Positions 21,516 to 35,245 are shown, counted from the first letter of the stretch. The stretch: DNA of 64,000 nucleotides from Vicugna vicugna (GCA_013265495.1 MU058781.1:11825009-11889008), one strand, 5' to 3'. Program-made: numbers and translations. Notes: generated from the sequence alone by a model not told the origin.

Positions 21516-23993
21516 GAAATTTTTTTGGAGGACTAACAATTGAAAGAAAAATATTGTCAGGAGGAAGAAAGGTCCTTGGCAACCTCTGCCCACCCACGCT
21601 GCTGCTGTTGCTTGCCTGGGGGAGAGGAATGTGGCCTCCGCGCTCTCCAGAATGGTGGCTCCGAAATGTTCCATCCTGGTCTGATATGTGTTTTTTCAGT
21701 TTCACTTTGGACTTTGGGTTGCCAACTCCTTGTTCTTCCACATCCTTCGTAAAATGGGCCAGAAGCAGGACTTCTTTCTTATTAGACTGAGCAGGAAGTG
21801 GTATGCCAATGTAACCATGTCACTTTGTTCCCTTGTTCCCTTAAAAACATCATTATTCATCCAGTGTTCATTTATTTTCTTTTGAAAACTTAATCTGGAG
21901 TCTCTGACATTTTTTCTTGTTTGGCTATTATAACTTTTGAGCATCTTAATGAGGCTTGATAGGAATAACTTAAGTTAACTTTAAAAATAATAAATAAAAG
22001 GGATATTATTTGGGGTAACATGTGCCCTTAAAACACTTTGGTGGCAGTGCTGTCTTTCCTTAAAATATAAATTCTACTCCTACCTGTTTATTAAAAAAAC
22101 TGCATTAAAAATGAAATATCTCACTCTCACTTAAAAATTTTATAAGCATCTGACCCACACCATCATGAATTATTTTAAATCTCAGATAGTCTCTAATTTG
22201 GAAAGCATTGTTCTTCACACGAGGCCGTGCTCACTTTGCATGGCTAGTCTGTTTAATATTTTCCTAATTCCCCCGTCTCTAATACCCAGCTTGATTCAGC
22301 AGCATGACCTGTGGCATAGTCACTTCTCAGACAAATATTCATGCTGGAATTTGTGTTTTTACAGCTCAAGTGACATCAACCTTAGCTGATGGTTCTTAGA
22401 CTTTTTAAAAACCAATTGTGCTTTATAAAGACACATAATTTTCTGTGGAACCAATAAAATAGTGCTATTTTATGAGTATAAGTGTGTTTTGCAGGTTTAT
22501 AGTTAAGAATCCAAAATACTGGCATAAACGCCATCAGTGATTTCAGTGAGGCTGTTTTGATGACCATAGCTTAGAAATAGAAGAGAGGATTAGATTTTGT
22601 TTTGGCAGCATAATAGAGAGAACCCCTATTTACCCGTGAAATAGTACAAATATCACAGTTTTTAAAATAGCTTGTTTTGCAATCTCAGGATGCTTTCCAA
22701 GTAAATAGAGATGTCAGGAGAAGCTGTATCCTGAGTTCTGCACAAAAGTGGATTATCCTGACAGCACAGCTTACCTCATTGTTGATCTCAAACAAGTTAA
22801 ATTTTGTGTAACGTCAAATCATGTGTTTGTGTTTTACTCCAGCAGTTAAAATTGATGTAAGAATGAAATTCACATCAGATGTTTGTAGATTGCAGTGGCT
22901 TCTGAAGAAATACTGTTGAAAAATCATTGTTTGAGTCCTATGGGTTTACTTCCCTCTGCAGGAGGCTCTTGTACCAGTTGTTGGGTAATTCGAACAGTTC
23001 TCTTTGTGGAACTGTTAGGAGTCTCAGCTTTTAAGGATCACTTACAATTCATTGCATAGGTAATTTTCAAAGCACCTGGGTGAAGTTACATGAGTCCAGA
23101 AAACTGAGCTTTAGAAAACAGCAACATTGAAACGATCTTCAGGAGTGGCTATCGAGACCACTTTTTCTTGCCAAGGGTCCTGGCAAAGTTGTGGGAAATT
23201 CAAAATAAAAGAATCCATATTTGAGGGCTTCGGAATTTACCCCAACTCAGAACTGGAGTCGGCTCCCACTGATCTCTGGGTAGGGGGTCGGAGCAGGCTC
23301 GGGCTCTGGGCATGTGTTTGCAGGGGGCAGTTCTTTCTGGCCAGTTTGAACTTGTTACCTGAGCTGCATTTACATTCTACTTTCTCATCTGCATCTGCCC
23401 CAGTTTCTTTTGTAGTTAGGATAGGCGAGTCAAATGACCTTGAACAAGAAGCCTTGAACATACACCAGGCTTGGTGTAACTTTTCATTGTTCTTAAAAAG
23501 ATCCTCTTTTCAGCCTCTGGGACTTAGGCACCCTGGGACCAGGGCATTTAGGTACACTGGGGAGGAGAGGGAGTGTTCTTCAAGTAGTGTGAAGGAGGCA
23601 TTGCGGAGCGGGAGGGGCCAGGAAATCTAACCAGAATATGCAATGAATTGGGAGATCAGTAGGTAACTAAGTTAAAAAGTTACTTATTTTATAACTATGC
23701 AAAAGATAACTATGCAAAAGATAACTTTTTTCCATAGTTATGAAATAGGGTACAGAGAAAACAAAACAGAAAGTTACGATAATATCTTTATGTTTCATTT
23801 TTCTAGAAACACTCTTAATATCTATTGTTAAAGTAGATTGTAAATGCAACTAAAATCTGATGAAGGATAGAACTGTTCCCTCCTGATCATCCTCCCATTT
23901 CTAAAAGGATTCTTTATCTTTTAACAGGATGCAGGGATTTGGATTGATATATATTGGGCCTATTGTTGTCTAAATCTTTGTTCTTCTAGACAG

Positions 23994-24155
23994 TTTTTTA
24001 ATTGACATATGGTCAGTTTACAATGTTGCATCAGCTCCTGGTGTACAGCATAATGCTTCAGTCATACATATACATGCATATAATACTTCTCATATCATTT
24101 CTTATTATAGGTTACCGCAAGGTATTGAATGTAGTTCCCTGTGCTCTACAGTAGA
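23994..24155 (-). mobile_element. Short 5'-truncated L1 3' end
   Basis: aattgacatatggtcagtttacaatgttg...agttccctgtgctctacagtag. Confidence 0.82.
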
Positions 24156-25107
24156 CATTTGTTTAACTCTGTGTTCTCCTGCTCTATTCTCTCTCTCCCT
24201 CTCCCCGTCAATCCCTCCCTCTCTCACTGTATCACTTTCTGCAGTTCTTTGAGTAAAGAGGGGTAAAATAAAAGGAGAGGACGCTTGGAGTTGGGGGTGT
24301 GTGTGTGTAAATAAAACAGTCTGCTCACTTTCACCCACTGGGTCCTTTCTCTCATCTTGGTTGCTTGGGAGAGAATTTGTCTTTTTTGGAAACATTATCT
24401 CTTTATGAACTTTGGCCAGCAGATGTCTGGGACTCTTCAGAGACTTCAGTTGCACAACAAGTCCTCTCAGAGGTAAAAGCAGGGATGTACAAAAGCCCTG
24501 AGCTGTACTTACAGCATCTCCAGCCTGCAGCAGGGGTTTGAAATGAATATGCTGAGTTCGTGCTAAAAAACAGGTATCTGTTCCTACTGATTCCTGGGCT
24601 TTGGGGGGTCTCAGGAGACATGGGCATTGACTGGGATGAATGGGCATGTCCTCCAGGCAGAATCTGGTGTGGACAGACGGACTTAAGCTGACTCTGGGGA
24701 AGTTTGTTCAGACCTTGCCCTCCTAGATTGCTGCCCAGAGGATCTTTGGGCTGGAGGCTTTTTGATGGCCATCTAAGCACGCATCCTAGCCTATAAGAAG
24801 TTGTTTCTGTAGCATCTCTGATAGCTGGGTATCCACTTTTTGCTTCAGTATTTCCAGTGATACAAGAGTCTCAGAAAGTCCTTTCTTGGTTTGGGCTGGA
24901 ATTTGTTTCCCAGTAGCTTCTCTGCATTCATTCTAGTGTAAATTACTGGCTTTACTGGAAAAATCACAGGACGATTTTGCTCCCTCCTACATGAGTGCAG
25001 GTCAAGTATTTGAAGACAGTTGTCATGTTTTTCCTTTGTCTTCTAGTCAGGTGAAATATGCTCACTTCCTGCGAGTCTTAATCCTTAGAGGACATTGCTT
25101 TCTGACT

Positions 25108-25253
25108 CATTTTTTAGTTTTTTTTTTTTGGTGGGGGAGGGAGGTAATTAAGTTTATTTATTTACTTTTCTTTAGAGGAGGTACTGGGGATCGAACCCAG
25201 GACCTCGTGTGCACTAAGCATGCACTCTGCCACTTTGAGCTGTACCCTCCCCC
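25108..25253 (-). mobile_element. tRNA-Ala-derived SINE (Vic-1-like)
   Basis: B-box GGTTCGATCC on the minus strand. Perfect 12-bp TSD tgctttctgact (25096-25107, 25254-25265). Confidence 0.92.
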
Positions 25254-26698
25254 TGCTTTCTGACTTTTCACTGTTCTGATCATCTCACTTTGGACTCATC
25301 CTACTTCACCAGTGAGCCTTTTAAACTGTAGGTGTTTGGGGATCACAAATGTTTGGCAAACACTGTTAAACTGAATAAACAGTTTTTTTCCAGCTGAAGA
25401 AAACAGATTTTCTCAGAGTCTTTACTGGGCTTCTGTGGACTGTGCCTTTCAGAGGGGGGACTGTAGTGTGTGGCATCACAGAATCTGTTCTCCAGACCCT
25501 GTAGGAAGCATCGATCAAGGTGCCAAGTGAAGACTACCAGCTGCACGTGGCTTGGCCAAATAAAAGTTTTCTTTTTGTTTTTAAAATTTTGGAAGTATCT
25601 ATGGTATTTGCATCACTAACAAGCTATGAAATATAAGAAGGCTAAGCCAAAGCATCACCTAGTCCTATCAATTTGGATGCAATCATTGGAAAAAATATCA
25701 GTAAGTGTTTCCCACAATTTCCTGTGCTAATATACATAAACTACATGATACAATTTACGAATGGAATCACGAATACTATTTCGTAGTTGACTTTTAATTT
25801 TTGAGGTCAAAGCTTTCCATGACAAGACTGTGTGTTCATGGTATGAATTTTTGTATGGCAGGCCATTCCACCTGAGAGGTGCACCATAATTTATCTAACA
25901 CTTATGAGATCATTAAGTTGCTTCTAATATTTTGTCTTATGAATATGTACATCCTCACATTTATTTTTCTTGGATAAACTCCTGGAAGTGGACTTCTTGC
26001 TGCCTGATGGACTTTTTAAAATGATGTGTTTTTCACCTGATTGCTATTCTGAAAGTCTCAATAGAGAATCATCTTTCCACCTTGTTAATTTTATTGTCTT
26101 TAAAAAAGTCTACTTAGCAGACTGACTGTTTTTTTCTTTTTCTTTTTTTAAGTCCTTGTATTTCTTAGGCAAGTGCTCCTTGGCCCTTAGCTCCTGAGGC
26201 AAACTTTTTTCTTGTATTCAGGGCTCTTTTAGGTCTGCCTGCGTGGCTGTGTTTTCTTCTACTGCAGTAAGTTTGTAGGCATGAAGTCCTGTGGCTCTGG
26301 GTGTTTGCTGGTGGCTGCTGATGGCGTTCCAGAGTCACAGCTCTTGATTATCCCTGACTTGGCTTCTCTTCAATCAGCCATAGCTTTTCCTTTGCTGAAC
26401 CCCAGCTCGGTGTGAGACTGCACTATGCCATTCAGATCTTGGAACTTTGCCCTGGTCCCAAGACTTCCTTACCTTGGGTCCTTGAGTGCCCTGATAAATG
26501 GTAGTTGAGCAGATTTGCTACTGATAAGGCCTCTGGTACTTCATTGGACCAGCTGTGGTTAGGGAGAACCCTAAGCCAGTGTGCATGTATTGGCATCTTA
26601 AAAGATATTTTAGTATTGTGAGGAAAGGAGACATAACTTTTTCTCTCAGGCTGTCCTGAAGGCAATTGACTTCATCTGTGTAGCCAACAATACATCTC

Positions 26699-26862
26699 TT
26701 TTTAATTTTTTTAAATTAAAAAAAATTTCTTTGGGAGGGTAAGGTAATTAGGTTTTATTTACTTATTTATCTTTTTAATGGAGGTGCTGAAGATTGAATC
26801 CAGGACCTCGTGCATGCTAAGCAAGCACTGTACCACTGAGCTATACCTGCCCCCACCCCCCG
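26699..26862 (-). mobile_element. tRNA-Ala-derived SINE (Vic-1-like)
   Basis: caggacctcgtgcatgctaagc...taccactgagctatacc plus AT-rich tail. Confidence 0.88.
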
Positions 26863-28519
26863 CAATAGCCTTAAGTCATATGTCCTTCCCACTGCATCTG
26901 CAGAGGAGTCCTTCACTTCCCACTTCTCTTCTGCACTTCCTCACCCTTTCCCTGACTCTGCCCCTCCCCACTACAGGGGTGTGTCTAGTTCACGAGGACC
27001 CCTGGCTCCCCGCCCCAGTGAGCTTCTCCTGGAGCCCTCTCTCCCTTGGTGATCCCTCCAGGGTGCAGCCTGCATTCCTCTCCTTTCAGCGCTGCCCTTG
27101 TGTACCACGTTGCTTGTGGTTGTCTTTCTTTCCGAGACTGGCAGGTGGGATGAGGTTTCTGAGGGGAACCCCCCACCCCCCACTTGTTACCCCCCTGTTA
27201 TTTGCTTAGCAGAAAACAAGCACAGAAGCACATTTTCAGAGTTACGGTTCCAGTCCCTGTATGGAACAGATGAGGGAAAATGAGAGAACCAGAGGTGGGG
27301 AGGTTGCTGAGATTTCAGAAATCTTGCAGAGTCTCTTTTAAGATAGTCTCTCTGTGATTTGATTCCTGCCTCCCTGGCACCTCACGACACTGTCTTGTTG
27401 AATCTGAGCTAAAGTGTGGCTGGTGATGTCCAGGCTGGGTGGTTATGTGTTACCCGTGGGCATTTTCAGTTTCCTGAATTCATCTGTCCTAAATCGGTTG
27501 TCACTGGCAACCAAAAGATTATATCATACCATGTAGGCATGGGAATGAAACTGAGACGGGGGGAGAAGTGCTTGTGGTTCTTGGACAGGTCAGTTTGGCA
27601 CTCAGATCATTCCAGCTCCTTTTCTTCTAAGTCGCCCTGGACCAGTTTCTATTCTTTGCCTGCATCCTTGGAGGACCAAAAATGTTGCAGTCTGGGGAAA
27701 CTTTTTGTACAACTCAGTTCGCTGAATCACAGGCACTGCTTGTGCTGATGAAAATCAAAACCAGGTTGCAGAGAAAGGCTTAGTTCATTCGATGCTTGGC
27801 TTGTTTGTATGGATGTTTCCATTTAAATCGTCGGGGCGTCCTGCTCCTTATCAGAACTCTTGTCCCCTCAGTATTCATCATTTGTGAATTAACTGTGAAG
27901 CTCTGGGAACTGTTTCCTTTTCAACAGTTTGCCTCTCGAAAAAGACCTTTGGAGTTGAAATAGCCTTTTAACTCCACCCGCTCATTCCCCCTTCATTCTA
28001 CACTACTACTAAGTGGTTTCTGTGAGGAACATGCTGGGTGTCTCTGTTCAGTATTTCTCTCTCTCTCTTCACAAGGCCTGGATGCAAGAAGTTGATCCAA
28101 TCTCCCCTGTCTGGTGTTACTTAAAACAAAACATCTGGAGCAAAGGAGAGGCTATTAGCACTTTGTCACTTACAGCTTCTTAAGCATCCTCCCATTGTGA
28201 GTTCTCACTGCTGCGACTTAATGAAGCTTCTGTCTTTGCATCTGACACATGCGGGTTGTCCATGGAGCTGAAACAGTGTTGTCAGCAGTGCTGTGCGTAC
28301 AGGAGGCCTTCACACTCGGGTCCTTTTTGGTTGTCTCTATATTCTCCGGGAAGAGCCAGTTTCTCTATGCATCAGAGTTGGGCTCCATACTTTAATATTC
28401 CAGAGAGTAATGCTTGTGGTGTAGTTAGCCTGAAATTCAGGGATGACCTTTTTGCTTTTTAAATATCTTCACAGACATTTTATAGTTCCTTCTCTTTTAG
28501 CAGCTTTCTCTGTGTAATT

Positions 28520-28715
28520 GGATCCATCTGCCTGGGTTTGAATCCTAAAACTACTGTTTTCCTGCTGTCTAACTAACTTCACTTTCCTCATCCATAAAAT
28601 GGGTGGAATAATAGAACCTACGTCGTAGACTTGTTTTGAAAATTAAAGCAGACATCTATATAAAAAATATTTTAAGTAGCGTCTGGCAAATAATAAGTCA
28701 TCGAGAGGTCTTAAC
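28520..28715 (+). mobile_element. MIR SINE
   Basis: ctgcctgggtttgaatcct...tttcctcatccataaaatggg...aataatagaacctac. Confidence 0.8.
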
Positions 28716-29005
28716 TGTTGTTGCTGTTGGGGGGTCAGTAAGATGTGCTAAGTGCTCTGAATATGAGAATCTGGCTCTGTATCCATAGACAAAGATATTC
28801 CAAAGGAAGTACTTCTTTGCATCTTTTCCCAGCCCTGTGCAAGAGACCTATTGCAGTGTTTTCTCTGCTCAGAGCTCTTTAAGCCAGCATTGGCTGTCTC
28901 CACATTGGGTTTAGGATTTTTTCACTCTACTGCTCTTATAAGAGGGGACTTCGATTTTGAAAAAAAATCTTTAAGGTTTTTTTTTCTTAACATATGTACT
29001 ACTTT

Positions 29006-29217
29006 CAGTGCATGTACTATTCTTGACATTTTGGACCCAGTGATTCTTTGTTGTAAGGCTGCCTGTGCTTTATAGGATGTTTAGTATCATCCCTGCTTCT
29101 GCCCACTGGATGCCAGCAGCTTCACAACCTTCCCTCAACTATGACAAATAAAAATGCCTCCAGACTTTATGAGATGTTCTCTGGGTGGCAGAATTGCCCC
29201 CCAGTTGAGAACCACTG
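29006..29217 (+). mobile_element. MER20 (hAT-Charlie)
   Basis: gacattttggac...attctttgttgt...ccactggatgccagcagc...ccagttgagaaccactg. Confidence 0.85.
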
Positions 29218-29506
29218 ATTTAGAGCAGCGGGTCTTGAAATGTCAACGAGCAAATGCATATCGTGTCATACTTAGCTGACAAAGTTATATTCAAGTCTGA
29301 AAATTTACAACTTCTATAATACAGCTATGTTTAATTTACTTAAAAATCCGTAGGCACTTTAAAATACTTATTTTTGAAGTATTTAGATACCTTTATATAA
29401 AACAAAAATAACAGATTGCCCCAAAGCAGAAGTTTGTCTTATTTGAAGACACTCAGTTTAAAAACCATTGGTCTGGAAAAAACCCAAAAAACCTATTGGT
29501 TTGGTT

Positions 29507-29693
29507 GCTGGTTCTCAATATGTGGTCCTGAGAACAGCAGCATGAACATCACTGGGGAACTTGTTAGAAACACAAATTCATAGGAGCCCTATCCAGAGCC
29601 ACTGAAATGAAGACCCTGGGAGTAGGGCCCAGTGATCCATTTTAACAGGCCCTTCAGGTGATTTGGATGCAAACTGAAATTTGAGAAACACTG
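29507..29693. mobile_element. MER5A (hAT-Charlie MITE)
   Basis: ggttctcaa...gtggtcc...gaacttgttagaaa...tttgagaaacactg terminal inverted repeats. Confidence 0.85.
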
Positions 29694-30064
29694 GGTTAGA
29701 TTCTTTACTACTACTGGATACCTGTAGAATAAGCCTTGTTGAGAAATATGTAAAAGCTGCCAGATACAGAACTTTGGAATCTGCTTAGGAAAATGACTTT
29801 TACTAGGCAGGTCATGCCGGGCGTCTGCTGGTCATAGTGGTCCCCTCTGAGAGTACAAAATGTCCACGCCTTCCTTTTGAGGGGGTCTTTTCCTTAGCAT
29901 CCCTGTGCTTGCGACCAGAATCCCCACGCCTTGGCCACAGCTGATTAAACTCAGGATGGCCATGACCTCCCAAGGTCAGCCTCTGTAGGCCACCCAACAG
30001 CCTGTCCCTCGCAGCTCTGCCCAACAAGGCTGACCAGTATCAGATAGACATTCTTCCTCTTGGG

Positions 30065-30163
30065 GGTGGGGGAGGGTATCGCTCAGTGGTAGAGCGCATG
30101 CTTAGTAAGCATGAAGTCCTGAGTTCAATCCCCAGTACCTCCATTAAAAAAACAAACAAAAAA
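30065..30163 (+). mobile_element. tRNA-Ala-derived SINE (Vic-1-like)
   Basis: ggggagggtatcgctcagtggtagagcgcatgcttag...gttcaatccccagtacctcca plus A tail. TSD tcttcctcttggg (30052-30064, 30165-30177). Confidence 0.92.
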
Positions 30164-33100
30164 CTCTTCCTCTTGGGAGTCTGAGACACAGAAACAGAAG
30201 AAGGTGGGAGGCACGAGCCAGTAAAAGCCTTTGTGCAAGCAGAAGCCGGGGAGCGTGCAGAGGCCATTATGAGCCAGCTGTGGCACGAACAGCAGAAGCA
30301 GGAAGAGGGTGGCTGAGCCCCGAAAGCTGCTTTTGAAGGGTGATTCCAAAGCTGAGTAGTGAATCAGACTATTGAACATGTCTCAGAACAGTATGTTTTC
30401 ATTTTCTACAAGACCCAACTGGGCAGCTGCTCATAGGGTTCCCATTCTTGCTTAGTGCCCTAGGTATCCTCACGTTAGACCATCATTCAGTGAGGCAGCT
30501 TCAGTATATGTCTCTTCCTGTCACCTGGAGGAGCCCAGCAAATATCCACTCCTATTAGGAGACTGGGTGGTCCCTGCAGGCAGGCCGCCTAGCACGCTGC
30601 TCCCTTAAAGTGGAGACTGTCAGCCCGGCCCTGCCTCAGAAGCACCAGGGTGGCCCCGCCTCGTCATTTAAAAACACTCTCCACGTGGGATCCCGATAGA
30701 CAATTGAAGTTAACGTCACAGGAAAGTGTGGGAGATGGAGCTGTTCATTTCAGCATGTCTCGTTGACTTGCCCAAAACAAATATGCACAGAGCATATTTC
30801 AGAAAACCCCAGACCTTGCTTCACTTCCTTGTGCCAGACCAAAGAGACCAACCCACCATGTCCGTTCCAAGGACCTATTGCTTTGACTCCAATAACATTT
30901 TCTCTTAGCATTTCCTGTTAAGGCATCTCAGTACCATCTCTTTTGAGAGAGGTGCTAAGAGTTAGAGCCTTAAAAAAACAACAAAACAAAACAAAAAAAA
31001 AACCCTCAAAAACACCACCAACAATGAAAGTACAGGTAGTCGAGTGTTGAAATCAACCTTGTGAATCATTTGCTGAAAATTCAGTGGGCCTAAAGAAATT
31101 TCTATCCAGTTTGAACTATTGACATCAACCCTATCCAGTTCGTTGGCACCTCTCTTATTCCTCTAGTCACCCCTTCTTCCCTCTCTTTCCTGTTAAAACC
31201 TGGAAGAGGATACAAGTACTTTCATGCAGCAAATCTGTTGGATTCCTTCACACACATCCCTCTAGAGGGGAGTGAGTGGAGATACAGAACATTTTACATT
31301 GTGCTCGGAAGGTTGGCTGAGTTCCATCAGGGTAATAGAGTCTGGGAATGTGGGCCAGTGCTTGTTTTCAAGCCCAGCTTAAAAGGACCCGACCAGGAAC
31401 GTAGTCAGGATTCTCTTATCCTCAGATTAGTATCCTGGAGGAGACAGACAACTACTCAAGAGCCTAGGACGAGTTCCTTGTTGTCCTTTTGTATGGAGTG
31501 CCCCCACCTCTAGTAGAGATATTTTCGTGGTAGACACAGAATAGTTGCCTAGTAAATGACCCAGGCCCGCGGTACAAATCTCAAGTCTAAGATGGTTTTC
31601 TCGGGGGCCTGCGGAGTCTCTTTACTCAGCAGCCTTATCTGACATAGTGCATCTTTAATTTAGCTTTGTGCAGGATGCAGGAATCAATAACCGTCGTGCG
31701 GCAAGGGAGGGAGAATGGCCAGCTGCAGCCACTTGGACTGGACTCTGCTTTGGTCAGAGTGATTACTGCAGTCAGGAAAGCCATTACGTGCTCCCTGACT
31801 AGTTCACTTGAGCTCTGCTCCCCATTACGCCCAGTTCCCAACCCGGAGATGATGGGATGCTTAAGAAGAAACGTGGTCACGTCTCCCTGTCATGGTACTG
31901 TGCAATGTTTGTGCCGCCGTCTCCGGAATGTGAACCTTCGTGCAAATGAGTCACTTCTCTTGTTGCCCTTTCTACACATCATGCCAGAGAGAGTGATTTA
32001 TTTCCTGTTTGTGAAGGCTTGGCTTCATCATTCATGGGAGAGAAATTGGATGTACTTTCCACTTTTTGCTGGTAACCCGCCCCTTCTTTGCTCGGAAAGA
32101 TAGTCTTTCTTTCCATTGTGAGAGCTGTTTATGCCGATTCAATGAAAAGATTTCTTTTCTGAGGCTTTCAGAAGTGACACTTCATTGCTTTTGTGTGATA
32201 AAATTATGATGTGCTATTTCATTTTATTATTTTTAAACAAGTAAAACTGTCACCTGAATATTCATCTACAGTTGTTGGAAAAGCCAGGAAAGCATCTCCT
32301 TTCTTATTGGTTCCACTAGCAATCCTTTTCAGCATATAAACCTGAAGAAACTGTGTAGCCCTGAGCCTGGGTTTCCTAAATTGGGGAAGAGATCCTGTTC
32401 CCAAAATATGAATAGATATGCTGGAAGCCAAATGCTTCCCAAGGACTTTGGCCCTGTGTTTCTCAAACCTAAACAGGTTACTCCTTTCTCTGTTGTTAGA
32501 ACCTTTAGCATGCTTACTTAATATACATTATACATTTCATGAAGCATTGATTAACATTTCATAGGACACCAGCATCCCATGAAACTCGGAAAAGCTGACA
32601 ACTTATTTATTGTGTTTTTATCTTTTCCACGAGGGAACTAAATATGTTAGAATTTGCATATCCCTTTGGACTGTTGCCATATCTGCTTCTGACACTTTAC
32701 AAATTAGCCAGCTGGAAAAAAAAATATGTCCAGAAGACACATTCATCCATCCTACTTTTAGGACGATTATTGAAATGTTTCACTTACCAAATAATTATTG
32801 CGCACCATCTGTGTGTAAACGAATTGTGTTTGGAAGGAAGAAGGCAATGCCTTGGGAGTGACTGAATTAAAGTTGAAGAAAAAACTTTTTTTTTCAGGGA
32901 TCTCCTTTGGTGGGTTTGAATTGAGAAACAGAAGTCGAGGCAGATATCAGTCTGCTTATTGTAAATGTTTAGGGTAATTTCAGAACACTTTGTTTTTAAA
33001 AAAAAAGCATTGAGAAATGGGGCGGGGAAAGTTTCCTTAAATACATTATTACTCTCACTGATTGTGCACTGGTTATATTATGAGTCTGGCTTCTCCCCAG

Positions 33101-34941
33101 TCTTGAGTGGTCCTCACATATGGGTGGGGCTACCACAGAGAAGAGGGTGTAGATTTATTGTCTATGGTCCTGAACTGGGGCTAAAATGGATAAAAACTAC
33201 CAGGGACTGAGGATTGTCTTGAAACTCAGAAAAATCTCCCCTGCAGTCAAAGCTGTCCAATAATAGAATCTGCTGATTTGTGTGGGAGTGGGGGTGGAGG
33301 GTGGAGGATGGAGTTCATTGGAGCTGGACAAGTTCAAGTTTGGATTGCTTGACCTCATAACGGGGTGCCCTGAAGGACATTCAAGTAGGAAAAGGCTTTC
33401 TTTGATCTAAGATTCCAGGATTCAGTTTTAACTCCTCATGTGTCCAATTGTTTGTGTTAGTTGGAACATATTAAATATTGCAGTTTTACTATTAAAAAAA
33501 CTTAAAAGTCCTGAGAGAGGCCAGGACAGAGCAGTGGCTGGGAGCCCCTGAGTCTCACACTGCCGGTGTGGATTGGATTTATGTTTTAGGATTGACTACA
33601 CTTGATCATTTGAATGAGGCTGAACTTCAGTTGGGAAGTCTGGCCCTTTGGCCTCCAGGGGCTTGACTGCTGTGCGTTCCAGTAGAGAGGTGAGAAGCTT
33701 TTTCGAACTTGTTTACCGGGGTTAGATTTTGGCACGTCTGAGTCTTACTCTGAGCAGAATTCTCCCCCTGCTGTCCCAGTGGCAGAAAACAAATGGGCAT
33801 TGTCTGCCTGTCTGGTTGGGGAAAGATGCTGGGGCAGTTAAAGTGCTGTGGAACTTGGGAATCAGGAGCCCGAGGGTTAGCGCTGATGCTCTTGCGGAAA
33901 CGTCCTCGGGTCTGCCTTGCCGCGCGGGGATGGAGGAGCCTCGTTCCAGGAATATCGCGAGAGCGTTTCGTATTTTAGAAGGCCCTGTTCATTCAGTTAA
34001 TAATGCCCGAATAAGTCCCCCCCCCCTTCTTTTACAGTCCTCATTTCTTTGCCTTTCCAAAGGTAAGATAGCTCACTAGTCTTTATTTTCCCCCTCAGGT
34101 GGGTTGGGGAGCTTTCGCCTAAGTATTACTACTGTAGACTGACTGCCATTCACTTTGCTGAGTAGTTAAAACAAGTGGCACGTTGACGAGAGAGTTTGTT
34201 CCCACTCTGGCTTCTCTCATGAAGTCCGCTCTTTCAGCATCACTGCCCTCGTCCTCAAGTTTGGACTCTTATATTTTATTTAGTCAGTTGCATGCAGTGG
34301 GGGCTGTTGATATTTTTTTATTATAACCTTTTTTTTTTTTTTAAATTGTGGGTAATTCCTGCCCCTTAGCTGGGAGCTCGCAAAAATAAAGCAGTGTGTT
34401 TCTCTTACGGGAACTTGGAGATCATTGTCTTCGTCTGTGAATACATAGCAGTCGGGTAGGTTTCTAGCCTCCAGGACTGCCTGTGGCTGGACTGTCTGGA
34501 GAGGGAGGCCCGTGCCTGTGTCCACCACTTATGACATGTTCATTGAGCTGTTATATACCTGAGCCATTAAAATTTTTTTTTACTGAAAAAATTATGGTTA
34601 AATATACATCACATAGAACTTACCATTTTAACCATTTTAAGTGTGCAATTCAGTGGCATGCAGTATAGTCAAATTCCAACCATCACCACTATCCATGTCC
34701 AGAACGTTTTCTTCATCTCAAACAGAAGCTCTGTGCCCAATAAACAATAATGCCTCATTTCTTTATTCTCTCTGCCCCTGGAAACCACCGTTCTACTTTC
34801 AGTCTCTATGAATTTGCCTCCTTAGGTCCCTCATATGAGTAGAATCATAGAATATTTTTCCTTTAGTGTCTGGCTGATTTTAGGGAGCATAGTGTTTTCA
34901 AGTTCATCCACATTGTAGCATGTATTGGAACATTCCTTTTT

Positions 34942-35245
34942 TTTTTTTTTAAATTGAAGTATAGTCAGTTACAATGTGTCAATTTCTGGTACACAGTATG
35001 TTTCAGTCATACATATACAAACCTATATTCGTTTTCATGTTCCTTTTCATTATAGGTTACTGAAGATATTGAATATAGGTATAAGATATTGAATATAGTT
35101 CCCTGTGCTATGCAGAAGAAATTTATTTTTACCTATTTTTTATATAGTAGTATTTGCACATATTGAACTCCTAATTTATCCCTTCCCACCCTCTTTTCCC
35201 CTGGAAACCATACTTTGTTTACTATGTCTGTGAGTCTCTTTCTGT
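34942..35245 (-). mobile_element. Young L1 3' end (part of composite insertion)
   Basis: poly(T) + aaattgaagtatagtcagttacaatg...tatgtctgtgagtct. Confidence 0.88.
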
